49,465 bases of DNA from an uncultured Parcubacteria group bacterium (GTDB taxonomy: Bacteria; Patescibacteriota; Minisyncoccia; UBA6257; 2-01-FULL-56-20). Positions 8,665 to 16,844 of this stretch are shown here, one piece after another (position 1 is the stretch's first letter; each line of letters begins with the position of its first letter). Under the pieces are notes generated by a model that was given only the letters and a program-made list of their open reading frames with translations, was not told where the DNA came from and did no database searches. The position numbers and the translations under genes are program-made. Location of the stretch: the NCBI GenBank assembly GCA_903944135.1, contig CAJAQL010000005.1, positions 1-49,465 of the forward strand. Direction: 5' to 3'.

Positions 8665-9879
8665 ATGCTTTACCATTATCGCGCGGTTGATGAAGGAGGG
8701 GCGGTCATAGAAGGCGAAGTTGACGCGGAGAACCTGCAGGCTGCTTTGCAGCTTATCTCCCAGAAGAACCTCCGTCCCATTTCCATGGATCCCGTCAAAA
8801 GGGAGAAGCAGGGATCGCTTGGGGGATTTTTCAGTTCCCGGATCACGGTTGGGGATAAGGTTTTCCTTACGAAATATCTCGCCTTGATGCTTCGCGTGGG
8901 AACCGATCTCTTGTCGGCGGTCAATATTCTCATTGCGGATGCCGATAAGCCTGCGATGAAGAATTTTCTCATTGAGGTGCGCGAAAACCTCACGCGCGGC
9001 GAACCGTTTTATAAAACATTCGGACAATATCCCAAGGTGTTCTCGGCGACTTTTGTGAGCCTCGTGAAAGCGGCCGAGGCATCCGGAAACCTGCAGAAAA
9101 CGTTCGAGGATCTTAACGTGTCGTTGACTTCGGATGCGGACCTGCAGAACAAGATCCGTTCAGCGCTCATTTATCCGGTCATATTGCTTGGCATGGCGGG
9201 TGCCATCACGATATTCCTGGTCACCTTTGCCCTGCCGAAGGTGGCGGGAGTCTTTACGGAAAGCAATATCACGCCGCCGCTTTTTTCGCGGATCGTCTTC
9301 GCGGTCGGACTTTTTTTGGGGAATAACATCATCATCATCCTTACGCTCCTCTTTGCCGCGATCTTCGGTTCGGTCTTCTTTGTGCGAAAAACGGAAACCG
9401 GCAAACGGGCCGTTGATGCGTTCCTTACCCATATGCCGGGCATCAAAAATATCTATCGCGATCTGTCGATCCAGCGGATGGCGTCAACGATGAGCTCGCT
9501 TATGAAAGCCGGATTGCCTATCGTGCAGACGATCACGATTGCGGCCGATACGGTACCGATCCGCGAATTCCGCTATGCGCTTCTCAGGATCGCGAACGAA
9601 GGACTTTCAAAGGGGCTTACGATCGGAGAGGCGTTCCGGCGCGAGACCATCTTGCCGCAGTCGGTGACCAGCTTGATCGCAATCTCGGAACGGGCGGGCC
9701 ATATCGAAGAAGTTCTCGGAACGCTCGGCGATTTCTATACCTCGAATATCGATGCAAGCATCGCGACGGCGGTGGCGCTCATTGAACCGGTCATGCTGCT
9801 CATCATGGGCGCGCTCGTCGGACTCATTGCGCTTTCCATCATCGTGCCGATCTATCAAATGTCGTCATCGGCGTTCTAA
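8665..9879 (+). CDS. pilC: type IV pilus platform protein PilC (GspF family)
   Basis: Two GspF-type repeats with three membrane segments. N-terminus YRAVDEGGAVIEGEVDAENLQAALQLISQKNLRPI is typical of PilC. Confidence 0.9.
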   Translation: MLYHYRAVDEGGAVIEGEVDAENLQAALQLISQKNLRPISMDPVKREKQGSLGGFFSSRITVGDKVFLTKYLALMLRVGTDLLSAVNILIADADKPAMKNFLIEVRENLTRGEPFYKTFGQYPKVFSATFVSLVKAAEASGNLQKTFEDLNVSLTSDADLQNKIRSALIYPVILLGMAGAITIFLVTFALPKVAGVFTESNITPPLFSRIVFAVGLFLGNNIIIILTLLFAAIFGSVFFVRKTETGKRAVDAFLTHMPGIKNIYRDLSIQRMASTMSSLMKAGLPIVQTITIAADTVPIREFRYALLRIANEGLSKGLTIGEAFRRETILPQSVTSLIAISERAGHIEEVLGTLGDFYTSNIDASIATAVALIEPVMLLIMGALVGLIALSIIVPIYQMSSSAF

Positions 9880-9881
9880 AC

Positions 9882-10391
9882 ATGGAAAAAGAGTTTTCAC
9901 GATCGTCGCCACATCGGAACAGCGGTTTTACGCTCATTGAGTTGATCGTCGTGATCGCGATCATTGGGATTATGAGCGCAATCGCATTTGTTTCGCTTAC
10001 CGGGAGGCGGGGGACGAATGATCTTACGAACACGGCGTCGCAGATCGTCGTGATCCTGCGGGAAGCAGAAAGCAGATCAATGACGCAGGCGCAGGGTGTT
10101 CCCTGGGGCGTCTATTTCGGGAATCCCACGAACACGGCACCGTTCTATGCATTGTTTTCGTCGACTTACAGCACGGCTACGGTCGCAGGATATTATCGAT
10201 TGCCGGTCACGGTCGGTTACGTCGCTTCAACCGTTCCGCAGGGAGGATCCCTTACGATCACCTTTTCGCAGATCACGGGGTTGGCTTCCTCGTCGGCCGC
10301 GGTCGGACTTTATATTCTGAACCCGCAGAAAAGCTTGACGGTCACCTCGAGCATGATATCCGTCGCGACATCGGGCGTGGTTTCTTATTAA
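9882..10391 (+). CDS. type IV pilin/pseudopilin
   Basis: Class III signal HRNSG|FTLIELIVVIAIIGIMSAIAF. The start is 2 nt after the pilC stop. Confidence 0.8.
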   Translation: MEKEFSRSSPHRNSGFTLIELIVVIAIIGIMSAIAFVSLTGRRGTNDLTNTASQIVVILREAESRSMTQAQGVPWGVYFGNPTNTAPFYALFSSTYSTATVAGYYRLPVTVGYVASTVPQGGSLTITFSQITGLASSSAAVGLYILNPQKSLTVTSSMISVATSGVVSY

Positions 10392-10430
10392 GCAATGACG
10401 AAAATTAATTTTAAAAATCTATTTCTTAAT

Positions 10431-10680
10431 CCGTCATTTCGAACGAAGCCTGCTTCGAGGTTTTCCGAGCGGCAAGGAATTCCTTTTTCTGTCGTCCCCG
10501 CCCCTCAACAGACTCGGGATAAACTCCGGCGGGGGATCCATGCTTCCGATCTTTTGCGTAAAGCACGGGTCCTTCAGCCAAGCCGGAGGATGACAGGAAT
10601 AAACATCGATTCCCGCTGGAACCTGTCTTCCGCACCCGCCCGTGCGGGTACAAGCTCCGGCCTACGCGGGGATGACGAGC
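10431..10680. repeat. cluster of GC-rich palindromic repeat units (degenerate type II plus extra hairpin units)
   Basis: Includes CTGTCGTCCCCGCC..CGGCGGGGGATCCATGCTTCC..AAAGCACGGG..GGAGGATGACAGG and CGCGGGGATGACGAG. The cluster lies inside the long ORF that opens at 10395. Confidence 0.75.
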
Positions 10681-11936
10681 GGATTGGAGGTTTCACTCTC
10701 GTCGAACTTCTGGTGGTCATCATGATCGTCGCTATCCTCTCGATCGTGGTCGTTCTCACGATGAACATTCCCGAACTCTTGAGGCAATCGCGCGACAGTT
10801 CGCGGCTTTCGGATATAAAAACACTGAACGGCGCCGTGACGTTCTATCTTAACGAACTGCCGGGCGGGAATTTAGGTTCGTCGACCACTATCTATGTTTC
10901 CTTGCCGGACAAAACGATCTCGGGAAACACCACGTCCACGTGCACGTCGCTTAATTTACCTACGCCGCCCACGGGTTATAGCTATCAATGTTCTTCGCCG
11001 CAGGCGTATCGCCACGTCGACGGCACGGGGTGGATGCCAGTGAATCTTGCCCAGCTTTCGTCCGGCTCGCCAATCTCGGTTTTGCCGGTTGATCCCGCAA
11101 ACCAGACATCTACTGATCTTTACTATACCTATACCGCAAATGGCGGGAGTTATGTTTTTACCAGTTTTTTTGAATCGCAGAAGGATGCCAAGATGATGGA
11201 AAACAGTGGCGGATCTGATGCTTCCGTTTATGCGGTCGGAACTAATCTCACCGCACCGGATGTTGGAAGGGGTTTTGTCGGTTATTGGCCGATGGACGAG
11301 GGGACGGGAACTATGGCTTACGATCAGTCGGGGGCAGGAAATAATGGGGCATTGATCAACGGACCTACATGGATAGCGGGTAAAATAAATAGCGCCTTAA
11401 GCTTCAATGATAGTAATTCATATGTTTCTGTTTCGGATACCTCTACCTTGGAGTACGTCGGAGGCAATATGACCTTGGCGGCGTGGATCAACGTGAACAG
11501 CACGGAAACGACCGGTGGGTGGATTTTCTCCAAACCGTGGAATGGGGGTGGTCAATATAACTATACAGTTACGCTTAACTCGAATAATACGCTTAGTTTT
11601 GGAATCGTTGGTTCTGGTTCTTACTCTATTTCCACCACTGCGGTCATACCATCTAATTCTTGGCATTATATTGCCGCGACGGTAAATTCCAGTGGCCAAA
11701 TGTCTATTTATATCGACGGTAATTTAAGTGCCTCCGGGACAGATGGTATTGTGGGTTGGACTCCATCATCTGGCAACGGTAGCATTCCTTTGAGCATAGG
11801 GACTCTCTATCCGTACGGAACTGGTTCATGGACCCATTCGAATTTTACATTCGGTGGTTTAATAGATGATGCGAGGATCTATAACAGAGCATTGTCTGTC
11901 ACTGAAATTAAGGCGATCTATAACGCGGAAAAGTGA
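10590..11936 (+). CDS. large pilin-like protein with C-terminal LamG/concanavalin-like domain
   Basis: GG|FTLVELLVVIMIVAIL class III signal at about 10685. C-terminal GYWPMDEG...GLIDDARIYNRALSVTEIKAIY is LamG-like. The ORF is open from 10395; the nearest in-frame ATG before the signal is 10590, so the start is uncertain. Confidence 0.7.
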   Translation: MTGINIDSRWNLSSAPARAGTSSGLRGDDERIGGFTLVELLVVIMIVAILSIVVVLTMNIPELLRQSRDSSRLSDIKTLNGAVTFYLNELPGGNLGSSTTIYVSLPDKTISGNTTSTCTSLNLPTPPTGYSYQCSSPQAYRHVDGTGWMPVNLAQLSSGSPISVLPVDPANQTSTDLYYTYTANGGSYVFTSFFESQKDAKMMENSGGSDASVYAVGTNLTAPDVGRGFVGYWPMDEGTGTMAYDQSGAGNNGALINGPTWIAGKINSALSFNDSNSYVSVSDTSTLEYVGGNMTLAAWINVNSTETTGGWIFSKPWNGGGQYNYTVTLNSNNTLSFGIVGSGSYSISTTAVIPSNSWHYIAATVNSSGQMSIYIDGNLSASGTDGIVGWTPSSGNGSIPLSIGTLYPYGTGSWTHSNFTFGGLIDDARIYNRALSVTEIKAIYNAEK

Positions 11937-11974
11937 CGAAAAAATCATTGCAATAATGCAATGATTTTTTCGTC
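11935..11974. terminator. bidirectional intrinsic terminator hairpin
   Basis: Perfect 18-bp stem GACGAAAAAATCATTGCA/TGCAATGATTTTTTCGTC with a 4-nt loop, between convergent genes. Confidence 0.7.
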
Positions 11975-12082
11975 ATCCTCGATCTAGTCGGGGATCCGTG
12001 CTCTTTATAAAAATATTGAAAGCACGGGTCATCCGCTTGCGCGGGTGAAAACAAAGATTCCTCGACAAGCTCGGAATGACGG
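11971..12082. repeat. GC-rich palindromic repeat locus (type II plus type III unit)
   Basis: CGTCATCCTCGATCTAGTCGGGGATCCGTGCTC..AAAGCACGGGTCATCCGCTTGCGCGGGTG, then GATTCCTCGACAAGCTCGGAATGACGG. Confidence 0.8.
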
Positions 12083-12088
12083 ATAATT

Positions 12089-13606
12089 CTATGCGAAGCC
12101 GGGGAAGAAATCGGTTTTTATCTGGTTGCGGGGGACGCCCATGCTATGAAGCGTGGCTTCGGTCGAAACGACCATGGCATGGGTGCCGGAGATATAGAAG
12201 ATGCGATCACGATAATTAGGGACTTCGCGACGGATGAGCTCGCCGTCAATGCGTCCTTTATGCCAATTGTCTCCAGATGGCAGCTCGTCGGTTCCCGTAA
12301 GTGCATAGATCGTCTTGAGTCCGATCACCCGCATGGCTTCATCAAAGATTTCGCGGTAGGCGATCTCATCCTCGGTTTTGTTGGAATAGAAAAGCACAAT
12401 GGATCGTTTTTCGCCACGATCCGAAAGATATTTCACCATACTGCGGAACGGCGTGATGCCGATGCCTCCAGCGATGAACACCAGTTCTTTTTTCTTGTCG
12501 CGTGGCAAAATGAAATCTCCGGCAAGCTGTCCGGACATGATCTCGTCGCCGGGCGCGAGCTCGAGCATTTTCTTTTTGAAACTGCTCGGCTTCTCGTAGA
12601 ATTTTATGCCGAGGCGCAGGCTTGGTTCTGTGGGCGATGATGCGATCGTGAAATAGCGCCGATTGCCGCGGTTGTCCGCATGGCCGTGTCCGAGGGTCCA
12701 CTCGAGATATTGTCCCGAGTCGAATTTCAGAGGAGGTTTCGTGAAAACAAAATCATACATGCCATCCCCGATATTCTCGGTCCGTTTCAATTTCAAAATA
12801 TATTTCGCCTTCGGACTCAAAATGTATGCGAGAACGTTTCCGGCGAGGAGTGCGAGCTCCGGCGTCGAATAAAGCGAGCCGACGTGAACCCATGGCGCAA
12901 AGAGAATGCCGACGAATGCGCCATAGGCGATGCGTTTGCTGCGGGTCGGCGGCGTGGTCAGCGGTTCCGTGAGCATCACAAATGCGAAAAAGAAGAGCGG
13001 TGCATGAAGCGCTGCTTTTTCGATCGTGACGAGAGGATTTTCGCCGATCGATCCCGCAAGGATCGAAATGATCGCCGCGCTGAAGAATGCGAGCATGAGA
13101 TCGCTGCGCCGGATCTTTCGGACGATTAGGAGCCCGCCGACGATCACAAAAGCCATCATGGGGCTGTTTCCGCCGATCCACCAAGTTGCGGATTGATTGA
13201 TAGTGAGCGCTGTCAAAGCGACGGCGAACGCCGCCGGATTGAAGAGATGCTTTTTATTCGCCGCAAGGATATATTTCGAGGCCGTTGCCCAGATTGCCGC
13301 CCAGATAAGGAATGAAATGCCCGTGAGATCGCGTGGCGCAATTGGCGTAATGATCAAAGCGAGGATAAGCGCCGTGATGTATGTGGACTCGATATTGGTT
13401 TGTGCATGGAATGCATCTGAAAATATCTTGTTCGTGAGCCACGATATGGCGACGAGTATTGCTATGGAAAAAAGAAGTGAGATCGGATCATAGGGAAGTA
13501 TGTGAAGTGCGCCGAAAACCGCCGCGATAGCGGCAAGCGCTCCAAGAACGTAGAGCACCAGCCGGTACATAGTCACTTTATTCAGAAGATTATCGATGAA
13601 GGTCAT
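12089..13606 (-). CDS. polytopic membrane protein fused to a C-terminal FNR-like FAD/NAD(P)-binding reductase domain
   Basis: About 8 hydrophobic segments, then RYFTIASSP (FAD-binding RxYS/T motif) and VFIAGGIGITPFRSM (NAD-binding). The ORF extends to 13822, but that extension overlaps apbE and a repeat; the start is taken at MTFIDNLL. Confidence 0.7.
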   Translation of the reverse strand: MTFIDNLLNKVTMYRLVLYVLGALAAIAAVFGALHILPYDPISLLFSIAILVAISWLTNKIFSDAFHAQTNIESTYITALILALIITPIAPRDLTGISFLIWAAIWATASKYILAANKKHLFNPAAFAVALTALTINQSATWWIGGNSPMMAFVIVGGLLIVRKIRRSDLMLAFFSAAIISILAGSIGENPLVTIEKAALHAPLFFFAFVMLTEPLTTPPTRSKRIAYGAFVGILFAPWVHVGSLYSTPELALLAGNVLAYILSPKAKYILKLKRTENIGDGMYDFVFTKPPLKFDSGQYLEWTLGHGHADNRGNRRYFTIASSPTEPSLRLGIKFYEKPSSFKKKMLELAPGDEIMSGQLAGDFILPRDKKKELVFIAGGIGITPFRSMVKYLSDRGEKRSIVLFYSNKTEDEIAYREIFDEAMRVIGLKTIYALTGTDELPSGDNWHKGRIDGELIRREVPNYRDRIFYISGTHAMVVSTEATLHSMGVPRNQIKTDFFPGFA

Positions 13607-13615
13607 AACTTGATT

Positions 13616-13646
13616 CTGTCGTGGTCCCGGGAGCGGGACGATGACT
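13616..13646. repeat. solo hairpin unit of the repeat family
   Basis: CTGTCGTGGTCCCGGGAGCGGGACGATGAC, between apbE and the reductase gene. Confidence 0.6.
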
Positions 13647-13668
13647 ATTATTTTTTTAAGATGACGAT

Positions 13669-14412
13669 TTATTTTATCGTATATTTTGAAAATCCGCTCG
13701 TCATGGTCGCGATACCGTTCTTGTCGATCATATATCCTTCGAATTCGGGCAATTTTTCGATGAAGGCGATCCCTCGTTCTCCCATGGCAAAAGCAGCGGT
13801 CGCAAACCGGTCGGCTTCGCATGCGTCAGGCGCGATCACGGTCAAACTTACAATGTCGGACGTCGGATATCCGGTGTGTGGATCATAAATATGGTCGCCG
13901 CGGATATAGGTTCCGGATGTCGCGACACCGATATCGGTCGCAAAGAGCGTTTTCACGATTTCATCCTGTTTGAACGGGTTTTTGATGCCGACGCTCCATT
14001 TTTCGCCGGCGGCGTTCTTGCCGCTCGCTTCGATGTCCCCGCCGGCTTCGACATAAAAATTTTGCAGGCCTTTTTTACGGAGGATGTCGGCGGCATTTTT
14101 TATTGCCCATCCTTTTACAATGCCTACCGGATTGAACCGTCCGTCCGGGGTCATGACGTCGAAATATCCCTCGGTTTCGCCTTTGGTCTGTTCCGCGAGC
14201 CGGACGATCTCTTTCATATCATCGCTCCAGCTTTCCCGCGCGGCTCCACGATCGACGGCTCTCGTTTCGCTCGTTTCTTTGAACGGGCTGAAACGTTCAT
14301 CGATAGTCTGAAAATAATCAAAGAGAGCATCACTATCGGTTTGCGCAGCTGTCGCGTCGGCGATGGCGATCGTGATGGGCATTCCCATAAGGATGCGGGT
14401 CTCTTTGATCAT
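13669..14412 (-). CDS. apbE: FAD:protein FMN transferase (ApbE family), no N-terminal signal or anchor
   Basis: MGMPITIAI, GIVKGWAIKNAADIL, GVATSGTYIRGDHIYDPHTGYP. Confidence 0.85.
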   Translation of the reverse strand: MIKETRILMGMPITIAIADATAAQTDSDALFDYFQTIDERFSPFKETSETRAVDRGAARESWSDDMKEIVRLAEQTKGETEGYFDVMTPDGRFNPVGIVKGWAIKNAADILRKKGLQNFYVEAGGDIEASGKNAAGEKWSVGIKNPFKQDEIVKTLFATDIGVATSGTYIRGDHIYDPHTGYPTSDIVSLTVIAPDACEADRFATAAFAMGERGIAFIEKLPEFEGYMIDKNGIATMTSGFSKYTIK

Positions 14413-14467
14413 AAAAGTATTTATTGTGTCATGGTCTAACTCGGCCGGGCCCCCATACTGTTCTTTG

Positions 14468-14560
14468 GTCGTCGTCCGATCTAGTCGGACGATCCGTGCT
14501 TTAAAATCTCAGAAAAAAGACCGGAAGCACGGGTCCTCCGCCTCTGCGGAGGACGACAAG
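14468..14560. repeat. GC-rich palindromic repeat, type II
   Basis: GTCGTCGTCCGATCTAGTCGGACGATCCGTGCTTT..GGAAGCACGGGTCCTCCGCCTCTGCGGAGGACGACAAG. Confidence 0.85.
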
Positions 14561-14563
14561 AAA

Positions 14564-15085
14564 TCAGTTCTTTGCCTTCACGAGCGCCGATGCAAGGGAT
14601 TGCTGGAAACCCTGGCTGGTTTGCGTTGCGCCGGAAACGACATCGACTTGCGCACTTTGCGACGAGATCGCTTCCTGGATCAGTTTCGGAAATGCGGCAT
14701 TGTTGATGCGTGCCGATGTGGCGCGGTCCTTCGGATAAACGAGGATCTTCACGTCGGTCAGCGCTCCGCTGCTCACGATGGCTGCGACCTGAACATTGCC
14801 GAAATAAGCGTTCACGGAATCGCCGTCATAGGAACCGTCTCGATAGAGTCCGGCGACCGTCGGGGTCGGGGCGGCGGACGCAGATTGCGCTCCGGCCGCG
14901 CTTGGTGCGGATGTCGTAGCGCTATTTTGCGCCACCGGCGGTGGCGTTGCTCCGTTTCCTGTAGTTGTACTGCCGCCATTATTATCAGGCGAACTCGAAA
15001 CGACCGAGATGGAATTTTGATTTTCGAGGAGCACGTAAAACGTGAACACGATGATAAGAAAGAAAGAAAGTAGATATTTTTTCAT
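14564..15085 (-). CDS. membrane-anchored FMN-binding domain protein (flavinylation-target type)
   Basis: N-terminal anchor MKKYLLSFFLIIVFTFYVLL, low-complexity linker, and the FMN_bind-like motif VDVVSGATQTSQGF. Confidence 0.75.
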   Translation of the reverse strand: MKKYLLSFFLIIVFTFYVLLENQNSISVVSSSPDNNGGSTTTGNGATPPPVAQNSATTSAPSAAGAQSASAAPTPTVAGLYRDGSYDGDSVNAYFGNVQVAAIVSSGALTDVKILVYPKDRATSARINNAAFPKLIQEAISSQSAQVDVVSGATQTSQGFQQSLASALVKAKN

Positions 15086-15092
15086 AGGGTTA

Positions 15093-15101
15093 ATTTTACC
15101 A
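15093..15101 (-). promoter_or_regulatory. extended -10 box 7 nt upstream of the FMN-binding gene ATG
   Basis: Minus strand reads TGgTAAAAT, taaccct, ATG. Confidence 0.5.
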
Positions 15102-15132
15102 TAGTCATTCTGAGCTCGGCGAATTCTGGGAA

Positions 15133-15176
15133 AAAAAGTCCGCCTTAGCTACAGCTGTCAGCTAAGGCGGACTTTT
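15133..15176. other. strong A/T-flanked hairpin between divergent gene starts
   Basis: AAAAAGTCCGCCTTAGCT / AGCTAAGGCGGACTTTTT arms with a short central loop (ACAGCTGTC). Confidence 0.6.
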
Positions 15177-15248
15177 TGTCGTTCCCGCGCAGGCGGGGAT
15201 CCAGGTTTATTTTCTTTTTTGGGGTCTCCGCTTTTGCGGGGACGACAG
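15177..15248. repeat. GC-rich palindromic repeat, type I
   Basis: TGTCGTTCCCGCGCAGGCGGGGATCCAGG..GGGGTCTCCGCTTTTGCGGGGACGACAG. Confidence 0.8.
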
Positions 15249-15279
15249 AGCGTTTTGTGCGATGAAAATTGATTTTTTC

Positions 15280-15309
15280 TTGCATTTCGCGCCATTTCAG
15301 TATCATAAT
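15280..15309 (+). promoter_or_regulatory. promoter of the GH18 gene (leaderless geometry)
   Basis: TTGCAT, 18 nt, CATAAT, then 6 nt to ATG 15316. Confidence 0.45.
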
Positions 15310-15315
15310 GGAATC

Positions 15316-16566
15316 ATGGAAAAGCGTTTTATTTTCATCGTAATGCTTGCTATGTTTTTGGCGATCTTTGCCGTGCCTAAGTTTGCCGTGCCCGTTGATG
15401 CGTCCACAGCCAATGCGACATCGACCATCGCGCTTGCTTCGGCTTCGACCGCGAAATCCCAGCCGCTCAAGTATGGGGTGTGGCTTCCGTTCTGGAACGC
15501 GCAGGATGGCGCACAGGACGTTTCCTTGAATCTCGATAAGCTCAATGAGGTAAGCCCGTTTTCCTATGAGATCGGCACGGGCGGCAAGATCGTCGATGAT
15601 GCGAAGATCGATAACGGCAGCTGGGCTGGCTGGTTTTCCGCGGCTCACGCCCTTAATGTGAAGATCATCCCGACCATCGCGTGGTTCGACACGACGCCGA
15701 TGTACAATTTGCTTTCAAGCGCTAAAACACGTCAGGCGCAGGAGGATGCGATCGCGAAACTCGCAAAGACGCAGAAGTTCGACGGTATCGACATTGATTA
15801 CGAGAACAAGACGTATGCCATGAAACCGTATTACTCGCTTTTCATTGAAGGGCTTTCCGACCGTCTGCACGCGCAGAAGGAAACGCTGACCTGCACGATC
15901 ATGCCGCGTTCGCCCGCCGTGGATATTTGGGGAGCAAATCCGCCGACCCCTCTGCCGTATTCCGAGGATTATACGGTGCTCAATAAATATTGCGACGAAT
16001 TGCGCGTCATGGCGTATGACCAGGGAACGGTCGACCTTACGATGGACGCGGAGAAGGGCAGCAGTACGCTCTATTCGCCGATCGCCGATCCTGACTGGGT
16101 TTCGCGGGTGCTCGCAAACATGTTGAAATCGCTCGATCCCAAGAAGGTCATGCTTGGCATTCCGACCTACGGCTACGAATACCAGGTTTCCTGGAAGAAC
16201 GGCGTGACGACCTATCAAGAGGTGCGGAGTTTCACTTATCAGGAAGCCATGGATCGCGCCGATCTCGTGGGCGTCACGCCGATACGGGACAATGCCGACG
16301 AGCTGAGCTATACCTACCAGACGTCGACCTACGTTTCAGGGATTCCGGCGGTCCTCACGGCTTATGTCTCGTCGACGAAGCCCCAAATGCTTTCGCCGAT
16401 TACGACGCTTCCTAACAATGCGACGAATACTATGTTCGTTTCTTTCAGCGATGCCCAGGCGGCGCTCGATAAGATCGACCTTGCGAAGAAATACGGGCTC
16501 CGTGGCGTGATGTTCTTCAAGGCTGACGGCGAACTCGACCCCGCAACCTGGGACGATATACAATAA
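15316..16566 (+). CDS. secreted glycoside hydrolase family 18 (chitinase-like) protein
   Basis: Signal-like MEKRFIFIVMLAMFLAIFAVP and the GH18 catalytic motif FDGIDIDYE. Confidence 0.75.
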   Translation: MEKRFIFIVMLAMFLAIFAVPKFAVPVDASTANATSTIALASASTAKSQPLKYGVWLPFWNAQDGAQDVSLNLDKLNEVSPFSYEIGTGGKIVDDAKIDNGSWAGWFSAAHALNVKIIPTIAWFDTTPMYNLLSSAKTRQAQEDAIAKLAKTQKFDGIDIDYENKTYAMKPYYSLFIEGLSDRLHAQKETLTCTIMPRSPAVDIWGANPPTPLPYSEDYTVLNKYCDELRVMAYDQGTVDLTMDAEKGSSTLYSPIADPDWVSRVLANMLKSLDPKKVMLGIPTYGYEYQVSWKNGVTTYQEVRSFTYQEAMDRADLVGVTPIRDNADELSYTYQTSTYVSGIPAVLTAYVSSTKPQMLSPITTLPNNATNTMFVSFSDAQAALDKIDLAKKYGLRGVMFFKADGELDPATWDDIQ

Positions 16567-16576
16567 TTGAGTCCCT

Positions 16577-16777
16577 CTGTCATCGTCCCTGGAGAGGGGA
16601 CCTGTGCTTCCTGATCTTTCTTTTAACTTTTAAAAGCATGAACCCTCCGTCTTCGCGGAGGGTGACAGAAATAAATTCTGTCGTCCCCGTGCAGGCGGGG
16701 ATCCAGAAGAAAGAGCCTGGACCCTCGCTTTTGCGAGGATGACTGAATCGCTAAGCTCGCAAAGCGATTCTCGTCAT
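16577..16777. repeat. repeat cluster (type II, type I, extra hairpin)
   Basis: CTGTCATCGTCCCTGGAGAGGGGACCTGTGCTTCC..AAAAGCATGAACCCTCCGTCTTCGCGGAGGGTGACAG, then CTGTCGTCCCCGTGCAGGCGGGGATCCAG..CTGGACCCTCGCTTTTGCGAGGATGACTG. Confidence 0.85.
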
Positions 16778-16844
16778 TTATCCACAGGCCAATTTTCTTG
16801 CATATTCCTTTATGGTATACTTCTTTTATAAATGAAAGGTCGCT

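Noticed and set aside
10395-10589. ATG 10395 as the true start of LamG pilin 1
   Set aside because: It would give a leader of about 97 aa made almost entirely of translated repeat units. I kept it only as the outer ORF limit because the real start is unresolved.
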